This document shows, one piece after another, positions 1 to 15,873 of a DNA stretch of 61,252 nucleotides. The stretch is from Bigelowiella natans CCMP2755 (Eukaryota > Protista > Cercozoa). Both the position numbers and the translations under genes were made by a program. Location: positions 1-61,252 of the forward strand of contig ADNK01000747.1 of the NCBI GenBank assembly GCA_000320545.1, in the 5' to 3' direction. How positions within the stretch are numbered: position 1 is the stretch's first letter; each line of letters starts with the position of its first letter. The notes beneath the pieces are model-generated. The model searched no databases. It was not told the DNA's origin and saw only the letters and a list, made by a program, of their open reading frames with translations.

Positions 1-14
1 GGGCACAGGACGAC

Positions 15-158
15 TCATATTACACCGCATCATCATCATCATCATCTTCATCATTCGCACCCCCCCCCCCCCCGCCCTCGAATGGGTTGTCCCCCTCTGC
101 CCCATCTGTGGTGAGAAAACGATGGGCATAAGAACAAGGTGGAGGACAGCACACCCCC

Positions 159-220
<62 letters not shown>

Positions 221-393
221 ATATATGTGTATGTGTGTGTGTGTGTCTGGTGGCTGTGCTGTCCTCCACCTTGTTCTTATGCCCATCGTTTTCCAACCAC
301 AGATGGGGCAGAGGCGGACAACCCATTCGAGGCCGGGGGAGGTGGAGGTGCGAATGATGATGATGATGATGATGATGATGCGGTGTAATATGA
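15..393. repeat. Long inverted repeat (foldback hairpin) with a (CA)n(TA)n(TG)n centre
   Basis: 15-27 tcatattacaccg is the reverse complement of 381-393 cggtgtaatatga. Complementarity continues inward through (CAT)n/(ATG)n, the C/G-rich tracts and about 80 nt of unique sequence with a few mismatches. Confidence 0.95.
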
Positions 394-583
394 ACAGAAA
401 ATTCTCCTATATGCATGCACATTATTTGCGGGTTTCCGACGATGCTTAAGAGTCCTGATGATATTCGTGTGCGAGAGCCGTCGGCGGTATAAAATATCCT
501 ATTAGAGGCCGCAAATGGTGCACAAATATACTCCTCCACCCCTCGATGTGAATCGTTCTAATGACACTGCACGAACGTAACAG

Positions 584-791
584 GGGACTCTGCAAAACCT
601 CCAACATCAAACGGCGGCGGCAGCAGCAAGAACACAGGTACACGTCGTCGTTTGCACTCTTTTCCTTGAGCTCAGATCAGCACTCGCTATAGCATTCTAT
701 GTATGTGAGAGAACCTTTCGTGCAATACACAGGTGATGCTGGGGACGCATTCGATGCGGGATTTGACGATGCAGATTTTGCCTTCCCTTAA
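584..791 (+). CDS. Probable last exons of a + strand gene that starts outside the window (C-terminus ...GDAGDAFDAGFDDADFAFP*)
   Basis: AG/GT-bounded segments 584-637 and 733-791 join in frame to a TAA. They are followed by the 3'-end compositional block seen after all other genes. The reading frame is not certain. Confidence 0.4.
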
Positions 792-919
792 AGATGAGAG
801 GTGTGTGTCGTGGGGATGAGGTTCAACGTGCACATCGTTGCAACTGTGCATCTTTAGGGTTAGTTGCTGTATCGATCGATTACGTACGTTTTTAGTACAA
901 AATATATCCCGACATGAAG

Positions 920-1600
920 TTTGTATATGCATATCTAGCCATGTATGTCTTAGATTATATCAATATAAGATTATGTATACACATACACATGATCCGCGAG
1001 CATGATAATATGACATATTAGCTTGCGCCAACCATACGTAGCACTCATAGCACATGAATTTTAAGCTTGTGACTAGAGCTAGAGAGCTGTTCATTTCGCG
1101 AGCACATGCACACAGCTAGACAATGTCCATACATACACATCTAGCAATCTAGCAATTAATAGATGTCTAGCTAGAGATGTCTAGATGTGGCGCATATTGC
1201 ATGTCTAGCATAGGCTAGATAGGCCACATAATCCATCGCAGTCTATCATGCAAGACAAGATAAATGAATATCTGGTTCGAATGTGCGCGCATCGTCTTTA
1301 TCACTAGATGAATACTCGCTGTTTGTGTGGTGTGAATGTCATGCTAATAACCAGCCATAATGACCGTAAATCTAGAAGCGCATGGGATGAAAGGTAGAAA
1401 GTTATTTGCCAAGTAGCCCGCTTATACGCGTGATGATGCGAACTAGCGAATGGAACATGCGTCACAGATAAGCTTTGCTCTTACTGATATTAGCAGAAAC
1501 TTAGACACTTCTCTCTTTATTGTAGAATCTTTATATGTAATTGAACATGTCGCGGTTCAGCCTTGCTAGCTTGCTGGGTGTGCTTACACATCATCCAACG
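920..1600. other. CTAG/CATG/TGCA-rich 3'-intergenic block (convergent junction)
   Basis: 10 CTAG in 1073-1218, many CATG/TGCA, and few GG/CC or GAA/TTC runs. Confidence 0.7.
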
Positions 1601-1621
1601 TTTGATATTTTTTGTGGATTG

Positions 1622-3571
1622 TTACTGGATTGAAATCGCCTTTTCTGCGGGGTACTTTATTTCGTATCGGTAAGGGATCTGCTTCTCCTCCCCAGGCCCC
1701 ACGGTAACAAGCCACACAACGTTGTTGGTGTGAGGATTAAATCGTATGCGCGTGTTTCGCCAGCTAGCTTCACCCTCTCCGGCCGCTGCGCCCTCCTCCG
1801 GGAGAGCGGAGTGCTTCTCCATACTCTCCCACGATGGCTGAATCAAGTCCACTTTGATCTGGTCAATGGTAGACTTGGGGAGCTGGAGGGCAACGCTGAT
1901 TCTGATGGGAACGTTTTTGTTGTTTTTGATGGTCGTCAGAGATTTGTGCAGGGAGACGGACTTCTTGCTGGAGAGCAATCCGCCCTCCTTGCGCTCCTGG
2001 TTCCTCTCCAGTTTGTAAATGATCTTGATGGCATCGTCTGTGCCGACGAACGTGGAGAAGTATTCGCCAGGGCTGATCACTTCCTTGATCTCGGTGTTGC
2101 AGACGTAGTTCCCGTCAAAGAAGCAACGAACATTCGCACTCGGAAGGAAGGGAAATGCGCTTGTGTTCTTGGCCCTGACTTGGAAGTAGGCCTTGGGCGA
2201 GAGAGATGGGACGCCGTAAAACATAGATTTCATTGCAAGAGGGGCGATTCCGATGCATGATTTGTGTGGTTTCCTCCCGGAAAGAATGGTGGCCTTCCTT
2301 TTGATGAGGAACTGCGTGGCAAAGCCCTGCTTCACTGCCGCCGTCGCCACCTGAGCGGCCTCCGCATTGTAATTCCGTTTTTCCTCCATTCCATCCAGTC
2401 TCCCATCGTCCTGGATCATAAAGTTTTGTTGTATGTTGACTCGTGCGAAGTAGTTCTCGGCCCTCTTCGCTCGGCCACGCGCGACGCTGCTAATGCTGTT
2501 CGTTGCTGGTCTAACTGGTGGTCCTGGATGTGAATGGTATAACCTCCTTGGCTGCTGCCATGACACCCATTGCGTCGGTATGGAGGGCGGTTTGCCGCCG
2601 ATAGCGGGGGTCGCGGTGGAGAGGCGGAGCTGGACGTTCTCCCAGTCTTCACCCGTTGTTTGAGTCACCATCCCGTAGTACACAAACGTCATACTCTCCG
2701 ATTTACCCTCGACGCGACAATCATAGCTCGACTCCCAAGTGGCCCCACCGACAGTGTAGATTAGGAAAAGTTTCGCCTTCTTCTGCTCTCCACTAGCTTC
2801 TGTTTTTGCTTCATCACTATTGGCCTCCGCTGTGTTGGGTTTTGAGGCTTGCACGATTACATGCACGTCGTGGCGGTAAAATCCCCCTGCTTTCGGATTC
2901 GCTATCCTATTAATTTCGTCCCTGCATTGTTTAATCTCGATGGCGAGCTTTCCGAGCTTCTCAGTGATCTCCTGGGACTTGCTATCGAAGACCTTGGTCT
3001 GTTTTTGATAGAATTCGAGTGTGCTCATAACCGTCTTTAGATCAGCGAAAGGCGCGGCTGCCGCTCCTCCGCTCTTTTGTGAAGAGGCAGAGAAAGATGT
3101 TACGGTGGAAGTATAGGAGTCGACCATCGTTCTCTCCTTGACTATTCTCTCTTGCGCCATGCGAAGCCTGGTTTGCTCTTTCGTGAGAGTCTCAAGCTCC
3201 GCATTCTTTCCTTGTTTATCCCCTTTAGGAGGGACGATCCATTTCTTGTCGTACTGAACTTCATGGATGGTGAACTGCCCCTCCCCATTGACTCTGATGC
3301 TGTCGGTCATGACGCTGTTTGGAAGACCCATAACTATTAGCTCGTGCGATGATCCAGGCTCCATCTCATGCTCGATCTCACGGATTACTTCGGCCCTGTC
3401 CTTAAACACCGTAACAGCACGGATGGGGGCGTTCTTCACATCTATCTCAGTTTTCACAAGGGGTACGTCGGCGTTCTCCACCAGCTCAAAAGTCTCCGCA
3501 CCACTACTCCTCCCACCGGCAGAGGACGTTCCCGGGCTAAGCAGCTTGTAGTCTTTCTGTTCTCCTTCCAT
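1622..3571 (-). CDS. DUF4140/DUF4139 (mucoidy inhibitor MuiA-like) protein, intronless
   Basis: Long ORF with motifs IRAVTVFKDRAEV, a coiled coil, ATWESSYDCR, VTQTTGEDWENVQLRLST and a C-terminal GEEKQIPYRYEIKYP. Likely ATG at 3571 (MEGEQK). Confidence 0.85.
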   Translation of the reverse strand: MEGEQKDYKLLSPGTSSAGGRSSGAETFELVENADVPLVKTEIDVKNAPIRAVTVFKDRAEVIREIEHEMEPGSSHELIVMGLPNSVMTDSIRVNGEGQFTIHEVQYDKKWIVPPKGDKQGKNAELETLTKEQTRLRMAQERIVKERTMVDSYTSTVTSFSASSQKSGGAAAAPFADLKTVMSTLEFYQKQTKVFDSKSQEITEKLGKLAIEIKQCRDEINRIANPKAGGFYRHDVHVIVQASKPNTAEANSDEAKTEASGEQKKAKLFLIYTVGGATWESSYDCRVEGKSESMTFVYYGMVTQTTGEDWENVQLRLSTATPAIGGKPPSIPTQWVSWQQPRRLYHSHPGPPVRPATNSISSVARGRAKRAENYFARVNIQQNFMIQDDGRLDGMEEKRNYNAEAAQVATAAVKQGFATQFLIKRKATILSGRKPHKSCIGIAPLAMKSMFYGVPSLSPKAYFQVRAKNTSAFPFLPSANVRCFFDGNYVCNTEIKEVISPGEYFSTFVGTDDAIKIIYKLERNQERKEGGLLSSKKSVSLHKSLTTIKNNKNVPIRISVALQLPKSTIDQIKVDLIQPSWESMEKHSALPEEGAAAGEGEASWRNTRIRFNPHTNNVVWLVTVGPGEEKQIPYRYEIKYPAEKAISIQ

Positions 3572-4153
3572 CGATTTGGTTTTTGATCGTTGTTCGATGA
3601 CGTTGGTCGGAGGGTTCTGAGAAAGAAGATTTGGTCGGGTTCTGAAGAATCCAAGAAGATATTTGCTGCTGCATCTCCCCTTCGTACATACTCTACGACT
3701 TACCACCGTCCTAGTCGTAGGAAAAATACCGCTTCGAAATATTGTTCTGAACTCGTAGTGCGATCGTAAGAAAACTAAAAACGCATTTCATTTCGGTTAA
3801 AAGACAACATATATTTCTGCTCTCTGTAAATTCCGTATTTTTCTTTTTTCTTCCTACAGTTTCGAGTCGAAAAAACTGAGATCCTTCGTTTGAACACCGA
3901 TGTCGTCTGGCATGTCCGTGCTCTCCGAAAAGAGAAGAAAACAGGATGAACTGTTCCCATGCGACATCCACCTAAGGCCAGTTGCCGCAAATGAGGATTT
4001 AAAGGAAAAAACGCAGCGGGATATCTATCTACGACATTCCTTCGGCCACTATATTCCGGTACTTCCCCCGTTTTTTTCTGGGTTGCTTAGAGCAAATACG
4101 TCTTAACTTTCGAAAGCGGACGAGGAGAAAGGACTTGGAGGCAGTCAACAGAG

Positions 4154-6584
4154 ATGCAGCAACATGACCTCCAGGCTATCTCATTTGGACTTTCTGCGAA
4201 AGAGGATCTCCTGCTCCATGGGAGTCTCGAAAGGGTGAAAAAGGGCACCTATCTTCACGTGAAGATGGAGGTTAACGAGCCACTCAAGAAAGCCTTTCAG
4301 GTAGGAATTCCTTTTTTAATTTTTGTACTCTGTACGACCGATTTATCAGGGCATTTGTTTTCTTTTCAACAGTACTTTTGTAACAAGCACAAGCTCGACA
4401 TCAATGGTATGGTTTTTAAACTCGGGAACAGAGAGATTAAAGTTACGGAGTCGGCCGAGAACGTAGGTGCACTCACAGAATCAAAATTACATCAGAGCTA
4501 AAATACATATATTTCCAGATATTTATGAAGCAACAAGACATCATATACATCTACAATCGGCGAAAGCTACCGGAAAGCAACTTCTGCGAGCAAATGTGGT
4601 CAATGTACAAGAACGGCGAATTCACAGACGTCTGTCTCGTAGTTGAAGGAAAGAAATTCAATGTACATAAAGCGTTTCTCTCAGCCCGCAGCGAAAAATT
4701 TAGGTCAGGAAAAGGCCACCTTACATGAGTATTGTTTTAGTGAAATATTTGGAAAGAAAGTATGAACAGTTTCAACCTTTTGCACTTACCCAGCTCGTAC
4801 ACACCGTATTTGGGTATCATCGTTTTTCTCACCTACTTCACTTACAGGGCATTATTTCGAACGAAATTGAAGGAATCGGAGCAGAAAACAATTTCTCTTA
4901 TTCAAGATCGTCCTGGAAGTGCCGAGGCTTTCGCCTTGCTCCTTGAATACTTGTACACAGACACTGTTAGGGTGAGATACATCGTGCAAATACTTTCATC
5001 AGCTCTGTTTTCGCCTCTACCATACATCGTTTCATAAGAAAAAGACACCTCATCGCTTCGACTTGTCATGACGCATTTTAGGAGCTTGCATCAGATTAAA
5101 TTGTTCACTTGAAGCCTTCTACCAGAGTCATATCTGAATATTCACTATCCCCCTCCATCCTCGATCCTACGTTATATACAATGAGACGCGACGACATGGG
5201 AACTTAGCTTTCGATCCCCCTCCCCTTACCTGTTTACAGTCATTCACAGAAATTCGCTATCCACCACAAGAGATCGAAGAGTCCTCGTTGTCTTCGATCC
5301 ATATTAGAGGGAAGGCGGAAATGAGCTCCAAGAGCGAAATCGTCCAAGACAGCAAAAGGTCGTGGTAGGTAGACACAAAGATTAGCCTTACATTTGGAAG
5401 GAAAAAAGGAAGAAGAGGGATGAAACCATGGGGAAGGGGAGATAATGTGTGCGCCCGCGGGGGGGGGGTAGGGACACAGAAATAGAGCCGCTGCTAACAT
5501 ATAATAGAATCTAAATTGGCTGAATTGCTTGAATTTCTCCATCAACAGCATTGGTGACGGTGAAAAGCCGGATGAAGTCCCCCTAATCCCCTCTGATGAG
5601 GAGGCGACGGGAGTAATGACGACAGGAGAGCATCATCAGCTTCCATCATCATCATCATCATCATTATCATTATCATCATCATCATCATCATCAAAACCAC
5701 CACCATCAAGTGCACAACTACCTTCGGAAGTGACCGTTGTGAACCTTTATTCCATGGCGGAGGAGTACCTAGTAGACCGGCTGAAAGCAATGTGCGAAGT
5801 CCAGCTAAGGAAGATGCTGACGCCAAGGAACGCTCCGATCGTAAGTTGATGATGTTAACATACTACCAGTAGTAGTAAAAGAATATACATATCATGAATC
5901 AACCAAAGCCGACTTCTTCGCCAACGGCCGAGTTCGTTGTATCTTGCAAGTAGTAAATACATTTTGATTTTCTAACAGTTTTTAATAAGTAAGTCATGCA
6001 CGATTCCTTCGATCCGATGATAATACTGCTAGTACTACTACTACCGCTGCTGCTGCTAAGCTACTCTGCATGCGAAGAAGCCTACCTATCGCCCCTAAGA
6101 TGTAGATACGTTTTGGTTGTTATCACATCGCTCTAGATCCTTTACCATACGGACCTTCTAAATGCGGAGGCTTTAAAGGATCACTGCTTTGGCATTATCA
6201 TAGAGAATTATGGAGAGAGTAAGTTCATCCCAGTAGCAACATTATAGAAATAGTAAGTTTCAATATAAAATATAAAATATTCGTTTTTCGCCAATCTCTT
6301 CACAAGTTTGCTCAGCCGACGTGGTAATTTTTCAACTACACGAATATTGCTTTATTGCTTTGGATTTATGTGCTACGACAGCGCTCTATGGGGAACAGGT
6401 CAAGTCGCTTCCCAAGCCTCTCATACTCGAGTTATTACAGAGATTTGCGGAGTCGAGGAATCCAAACTTGAAGAAGCGCCGCTCTAGGGATGGAGATGAT
6501 AGTAGCGGCAGCACCAGGGGCAGTACAAAAAGACGGGCACCCTACCGGAAAGTGCGTTTTGATGTAGCTGCTGATCCGATTTGA
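4154..6584 (+). CDS. SUMO-like (Rad60-SLD type) domain + BTB/POZ-BACK-like protein, about 8 exons
   Basis: Spliced exons give YLHVKMEVNEPLKKAFQYFCNKHKLDINGMVFKLGNREIKVTESAENIFMKQQDII (SUMO fold), then FTDVCLVVEGKKFNVHKAFLSARSEKFRALF...FALLLEYLYTD and LYSMAEEYLVDRLKAMCE (BTB). Confidence 0.85.
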
Positions 6585-7143
6585 ATTAGTACATTGTTTA
6601 CACTATGTAATGCGTGCTTGTGCACATGTGTACATGCTGTGCCCCCACGCGCTAAGACTGTTACAAGCTGATCGATCTGTGTCTACACTGGTAAAAATGC
6701 AAATGTTTTGTCATGCATTTTCCACTTGTGCTCATGTGTTTCTGCGACATCGCATGTACACATACACGTATGCTATCAAGCTAGCAAGGCGTCAACAGCT
6801 TGGCATGTTTACTACTTGTTGGACATTGTTGCTGTTTGGATACATTTTTCATCTACTCTGCGAAACAATGAGTCCGTCCACGCACAATCTAGCTAGCTAG
6901 CAATCTGGACAATGTGCGCAAACTCCAATCGTCTAGCAGATCTATAATAGAGGTGTGTCACATCCGTGGCAATAATTCAGCAGTGTTATTAGATGGATTA
7001 GGTTGCCCATACTAGTGCAATGTTTAGCTGCAAGAGTGATCTGTTAACTGATGTTGCGCGACCAGTGACGTACGCTAGTACGTAGTGTACACTGGTACAC
7101 ACACATATACTTGTCTAGATGTGCATTGTGATGGCATGACAAA

Positions 7144-7298
7144 GATGATGATGATGATGAGCTCATTGTCTTACCAGCTTACCTCTTTTGCATAGCAGAT
7201 GTACGTGTGGGGATGACTTCATGAGCTGGCGGACAAGAAGCTGCGTCTCCGCACGTCTTTGAATGCTACAAGCAAGCAAGCAGTGCTACTACTCAGTT
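7144..7298 (-). repeat. Diverged duplicate of the exon and flanking intron sequence at ~8498-8630
   Basis: Near-identical gagctcattgtcttacc...ttcatgagctggcggacaagaagctg.gtctccgcacgtctttgaatgctacaagcaag.aagcagtgctactactcagtt in both places. Confidence 0.9.
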
Positions 7299-7939
7299 GC
7301 AATCCCAAGATCATGTTGCGACGCGTAGCTGAGGTAGCCTTGCGACAACACACTGATCATCACAAGCGCCTGACTAGCTGAGGGCGAGATCGGAGATTTG
7401 CACAAATGGCACAGCGCATGTGTTGTCAGATGGCGCTAGCCGAATGCTACAAGGTAGTAGCGTCATGGACATCACGCGCATGCAATGTGTCTCATTTGCA
7501 TGATGAATTACGGTTCATTGTACGATTTACTTGCCACTATGCGACGCCGCTTTTTGCAGCAGATACTACTCTTCATAAAGTCCTCTCCAGAATTTCTGAA
7601 CTCTCATTTATGCTGCTTCTCGAATTTGCGTTTCAGCTTCAGATTTATTCAACATATTCTGTGATTTAGCTCCGGTTCCGATTGTGCTAGAGGGGGTATA
7701 AAACGAGTACATTCAGAATGGATTTGGAGGAGTGAAAGGACAGACGTGATGTGTGTGTTCTAGAGTGCAGCGATGATGCAAACCTGATTGACATGCTGTG
7801 ATTCGCATTTGATGGCTTGGCACTTGACCGGACCCCATTTATTTCTACAAAGATTTACGGGAGAGTCGTGTCTCAGAGGAGGTAGTTCCATTGGTTGGAA
7901 GGTTTCTTCCCCACCACAAGAAACTCTTACGATGTTAGA

Positions 7940-8040
7940 AACGTTGACAACTGTCGACGACACGGCACGGCAATGGCGGCCATTAACGTTGACAGCTGTC
8001 GACGACACGGCACGGCAATGGCGGTCCCAATGGCCGCCAT
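7940..8040. repeat. 45-bp-period tandem duplication overlapping a 12-bp perfect inverted repeat
   Basis: aacgttgaca(a/g)ctgtcgacgacacggcacggcaatggcgg occurs at 7940 and 7985. atggcggccatt (7973-7984) pairs with aatggccgccat (8029-8040). Confidence 0.85.
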
Positions 8041-8084
8041 CGGCGTATTCTTTTGAACTTTATTATTTTTTGTTATGGTAGGAA

Positions 8085-13060
<4,976 letters not shown>

Positions 13061-13931
13061 CCTAAAACCAATGGAGAAGCACGTCAGTATCACAACGTTG
13101 GAGGAGGGGAGAAGGAGAAGGAGAAAAAGAAGAGCAAAGATAGCTTTCCACCTGGGCACTTGTGTTTCTCGTTAATATTTTCTTCGTTGTCTCCCTTTCC
13201 TGTGTTCTCCTTGATAGCTTTGTTGTGTGTGGTGTGCGGGGAAGGGGCAGCGAAGTAAAACCCAACAAGAGAACACGTGCGAGGCTGTAGTTTCGCCCCG
13301 ATTCCCATCAGAGAAAAGCAGGGCAATTTTCGACTAAAAAGCGCCTAATCGTCCTGTTAAAGTAAAAAATGGCCAACTGCCGAATGACACGGGCCCTTCC
13401 GCCCTTATTGCAGCCGGCGACAATGAGAATAATCCGGAACCCCGGCTGCAGGGTGCTCGGTCTTGCGCGACAAGGAAATATAACATGTCGCAAATTTATT
13501 ACGCTGAGAGTATGGATTAGGGAATGAGACTAAAAGAGAAGTGTTCCTCGGTGGTTTGAACATCGCGCGGTTTTTGAAGAAGCAGGTTTTCCAAATTCGA
13601 AAGATTCCAGGATTCCATGCCAATTTACCATGTCGTAAAGTCAAAATCTCCTAATTCCGAGAAGAATTTCCTCATATGCGGACGTTACATCCTCGGAACG
13701 ATTGTATCCGCGGAACGAGAAATGCGCTTGAATCCGGTCATTTTAGGAAACTGACTGCCTTCTCTTGGAGAGGAAAGAGGGGACCCGAAATCTCAAGCGC
13801 TTGGCCTGACCCCCTGCCCCCCCCAAGAATAGTTTCCGCAATTCAACGGACAACTTACGCAAGTTGAAGGTGCAGGAGCCTTTCCATATATCAGTGTTCT
13901 TGCCCTAAACGTATCTCCTTGCAGAAGAGTT

Positions 13932-14962
13932 ATGGGAGCCTGCACTTCAGAGCAGAAAAATCGCCAATTAGTGCGCGTCGGATATCGTTCCACTATGAAT
14001 GTAAGATCTTACTCCATACGAAACTGTCTTAAAACTAAAACTATATTTCCAGGCGGACAGCGATATAGACGCAATCATCGAGAAAGCAGAGAAGAAAAAT
14101 AAGACTCTCAAAGGTAATGTCCTCAAATATCAATCTTCCACATACTGAATAAGTAAGTGCAGGGTAGGCTATAAAACACGCTTTCATTGAGTAATAAATT
14201 TAAATTCCATGTGCGCACTTAGTTGGTGGAGCGCTGTGGTTCGACCCCGAGACGAATAAAGTCCATCAGATACTAGAGGGAGAGGTAGTAGATTGTTTTT
14301 TTTTTTACTCACGAGTTTCTTTTTTCTCTCCCACCCCTCACCCAATATTTTTAGCTTACTTTGAGAAGTTTACTTTGATGTCGGCCAGATAGTGTGACAA
14401 AAATTTATTTTAACCTTCTGATCAACACAAACAGGAGTTCCAAGTTACTGCTCTCTTGGACGTTATCATAGCTGATAAGCGCCATCGGTGGGTAACGATA
14501 CGCTCCGACACCCAGAACTAGAACAGCACAGACCCTTAGAAAGGGGGGAGAGGCAGAGAGGAGAGACGACAAATCCCCTTCATTGCTTGTTTGCTTGGCA
14601 ATACTTATTTTTAAATTAACGTTGTCGTAATTATACACTCTCTCTTACATTGGTTTCTTTGCATTGTACTATAGTGCCATTATTATGGAAGATATGGAGG
14701 TCGTCGAGGCGCGCAAATTCCAGGAATGGGGAGGAATGAAACTCTCGGAATCCCCTCTCCTCAAGGACCTGAAGGACTGTGGTCACAATCACAACGAGCA
14801 GGTGCAACAATGAACAAGAGATGAAAATATATCAACAGCGAATTGGCGCACATAACAATAATCGATGATAATTTTGTCCTGCAATATATATCTCACATGC
14901 GAGGAATGGATTCTTGTTTTCAGGGATTTCAGCGAGAAAATGAGCAAAAGGCGGATGCGTAA
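13932..14962 (+). CDS. Stand-alone BLUF-domain (blue-light, flavin) photoreceptor, ~136 aa, with N-terminal MGACTS acylation motif
   Basis: Exons 13932-14000, 14053-14113, 14223-14284, 14435-14487, 14675-14801, 14924-14962 splice GT-AG in frame. Product contains LVRVGYRS, AEKKN..LKVGGALWF, HQILEG, IADKRH and RKFQEWGGM, i.e. the BLUF Tyr/Asn/Gln/Trp/Met signature. Confidence 0.88.
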
Positions 14963-15873
14963 ATTCATAGATTGACTATATTAGCGATGCCGCCAGTCAT
15001 GCCAAAGATATCTAGTGTGGAAATTGAGCTGGCGGACACAAAGGAGGCTCATTCAACTTCGTTGAGAGTCTCCCCCTATTTCGATAGAATTCTTGAGTTT
15101 GCAAAGCATAGGCCGTCGTTATTTATCTTGTGTGCGCATCATATATATACGAAGCATAGTCAAAATCTTTGAGAAAGGGCCAGTATATTTAGTCGATTGA
15201 TGCTCCAATAAGTCCTATACTATGCCATGTAGCATATGTTTTAATCTCTGGTAATCGTATAATATACCCACTCTAGATAGCATGAGATATAACTTAATAC
15301 ATCGTAACGTTAATTGCAGCTGAGGAACACCTGTACATGCTTAATGCGCGTAACGCGCGATGGGCTCGCACGCACGCGCCGCGGTATGCAACCGCGTCAG
15401 ATACCCAGAGCTAATCTTCAGTCTCTGGGGTGTTGCGACTAAAAACGATACAGGCCATCATTGCACAGTGAAAATTCAAAATTGTATTATATTTGGGGAA
15501 ATGCATGCGCACAAATTTTTATACTCAATTTAGAAGAACTATATATACGCACATATGTGCTTTCAAAGTGCACAAGTGCTCATTGGTACATGTGTCGTTT
15601 TTGGTCGCAACGCACCCTAGAGCCTACTGCATTGCACAGCATGAATGATTAAGCATGATTTGCATAACGTTTTACTTAAAGGTGTATATGTCAATGTACA
15701 TGTGCATGTACATGTACAACATACACATACTAGACACATACACATAAGCTTTACTACATTGTCACACCGTACCATGCAATAATAAGGCACATAATATGGC
15801 TTCGTTCGGATCGATCGAAAAGGTGCTTGCTAAGAACCCATTTATTCGGCATTTGTCGGAAGGGATCAGTTTG

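Noticed and set aside
51-539. ORFs with HTHT/IYIY/CVCV tracts here and throughout the window
   Set aside because: Translations of microsatellites. The similar peptides on both strands here simply reflect the inverted repeat.
7940-8024. CRISPR-like repeat
   Set aside because: Only two units with a 5-nt spacer, eukaryotic context and no cas genes.
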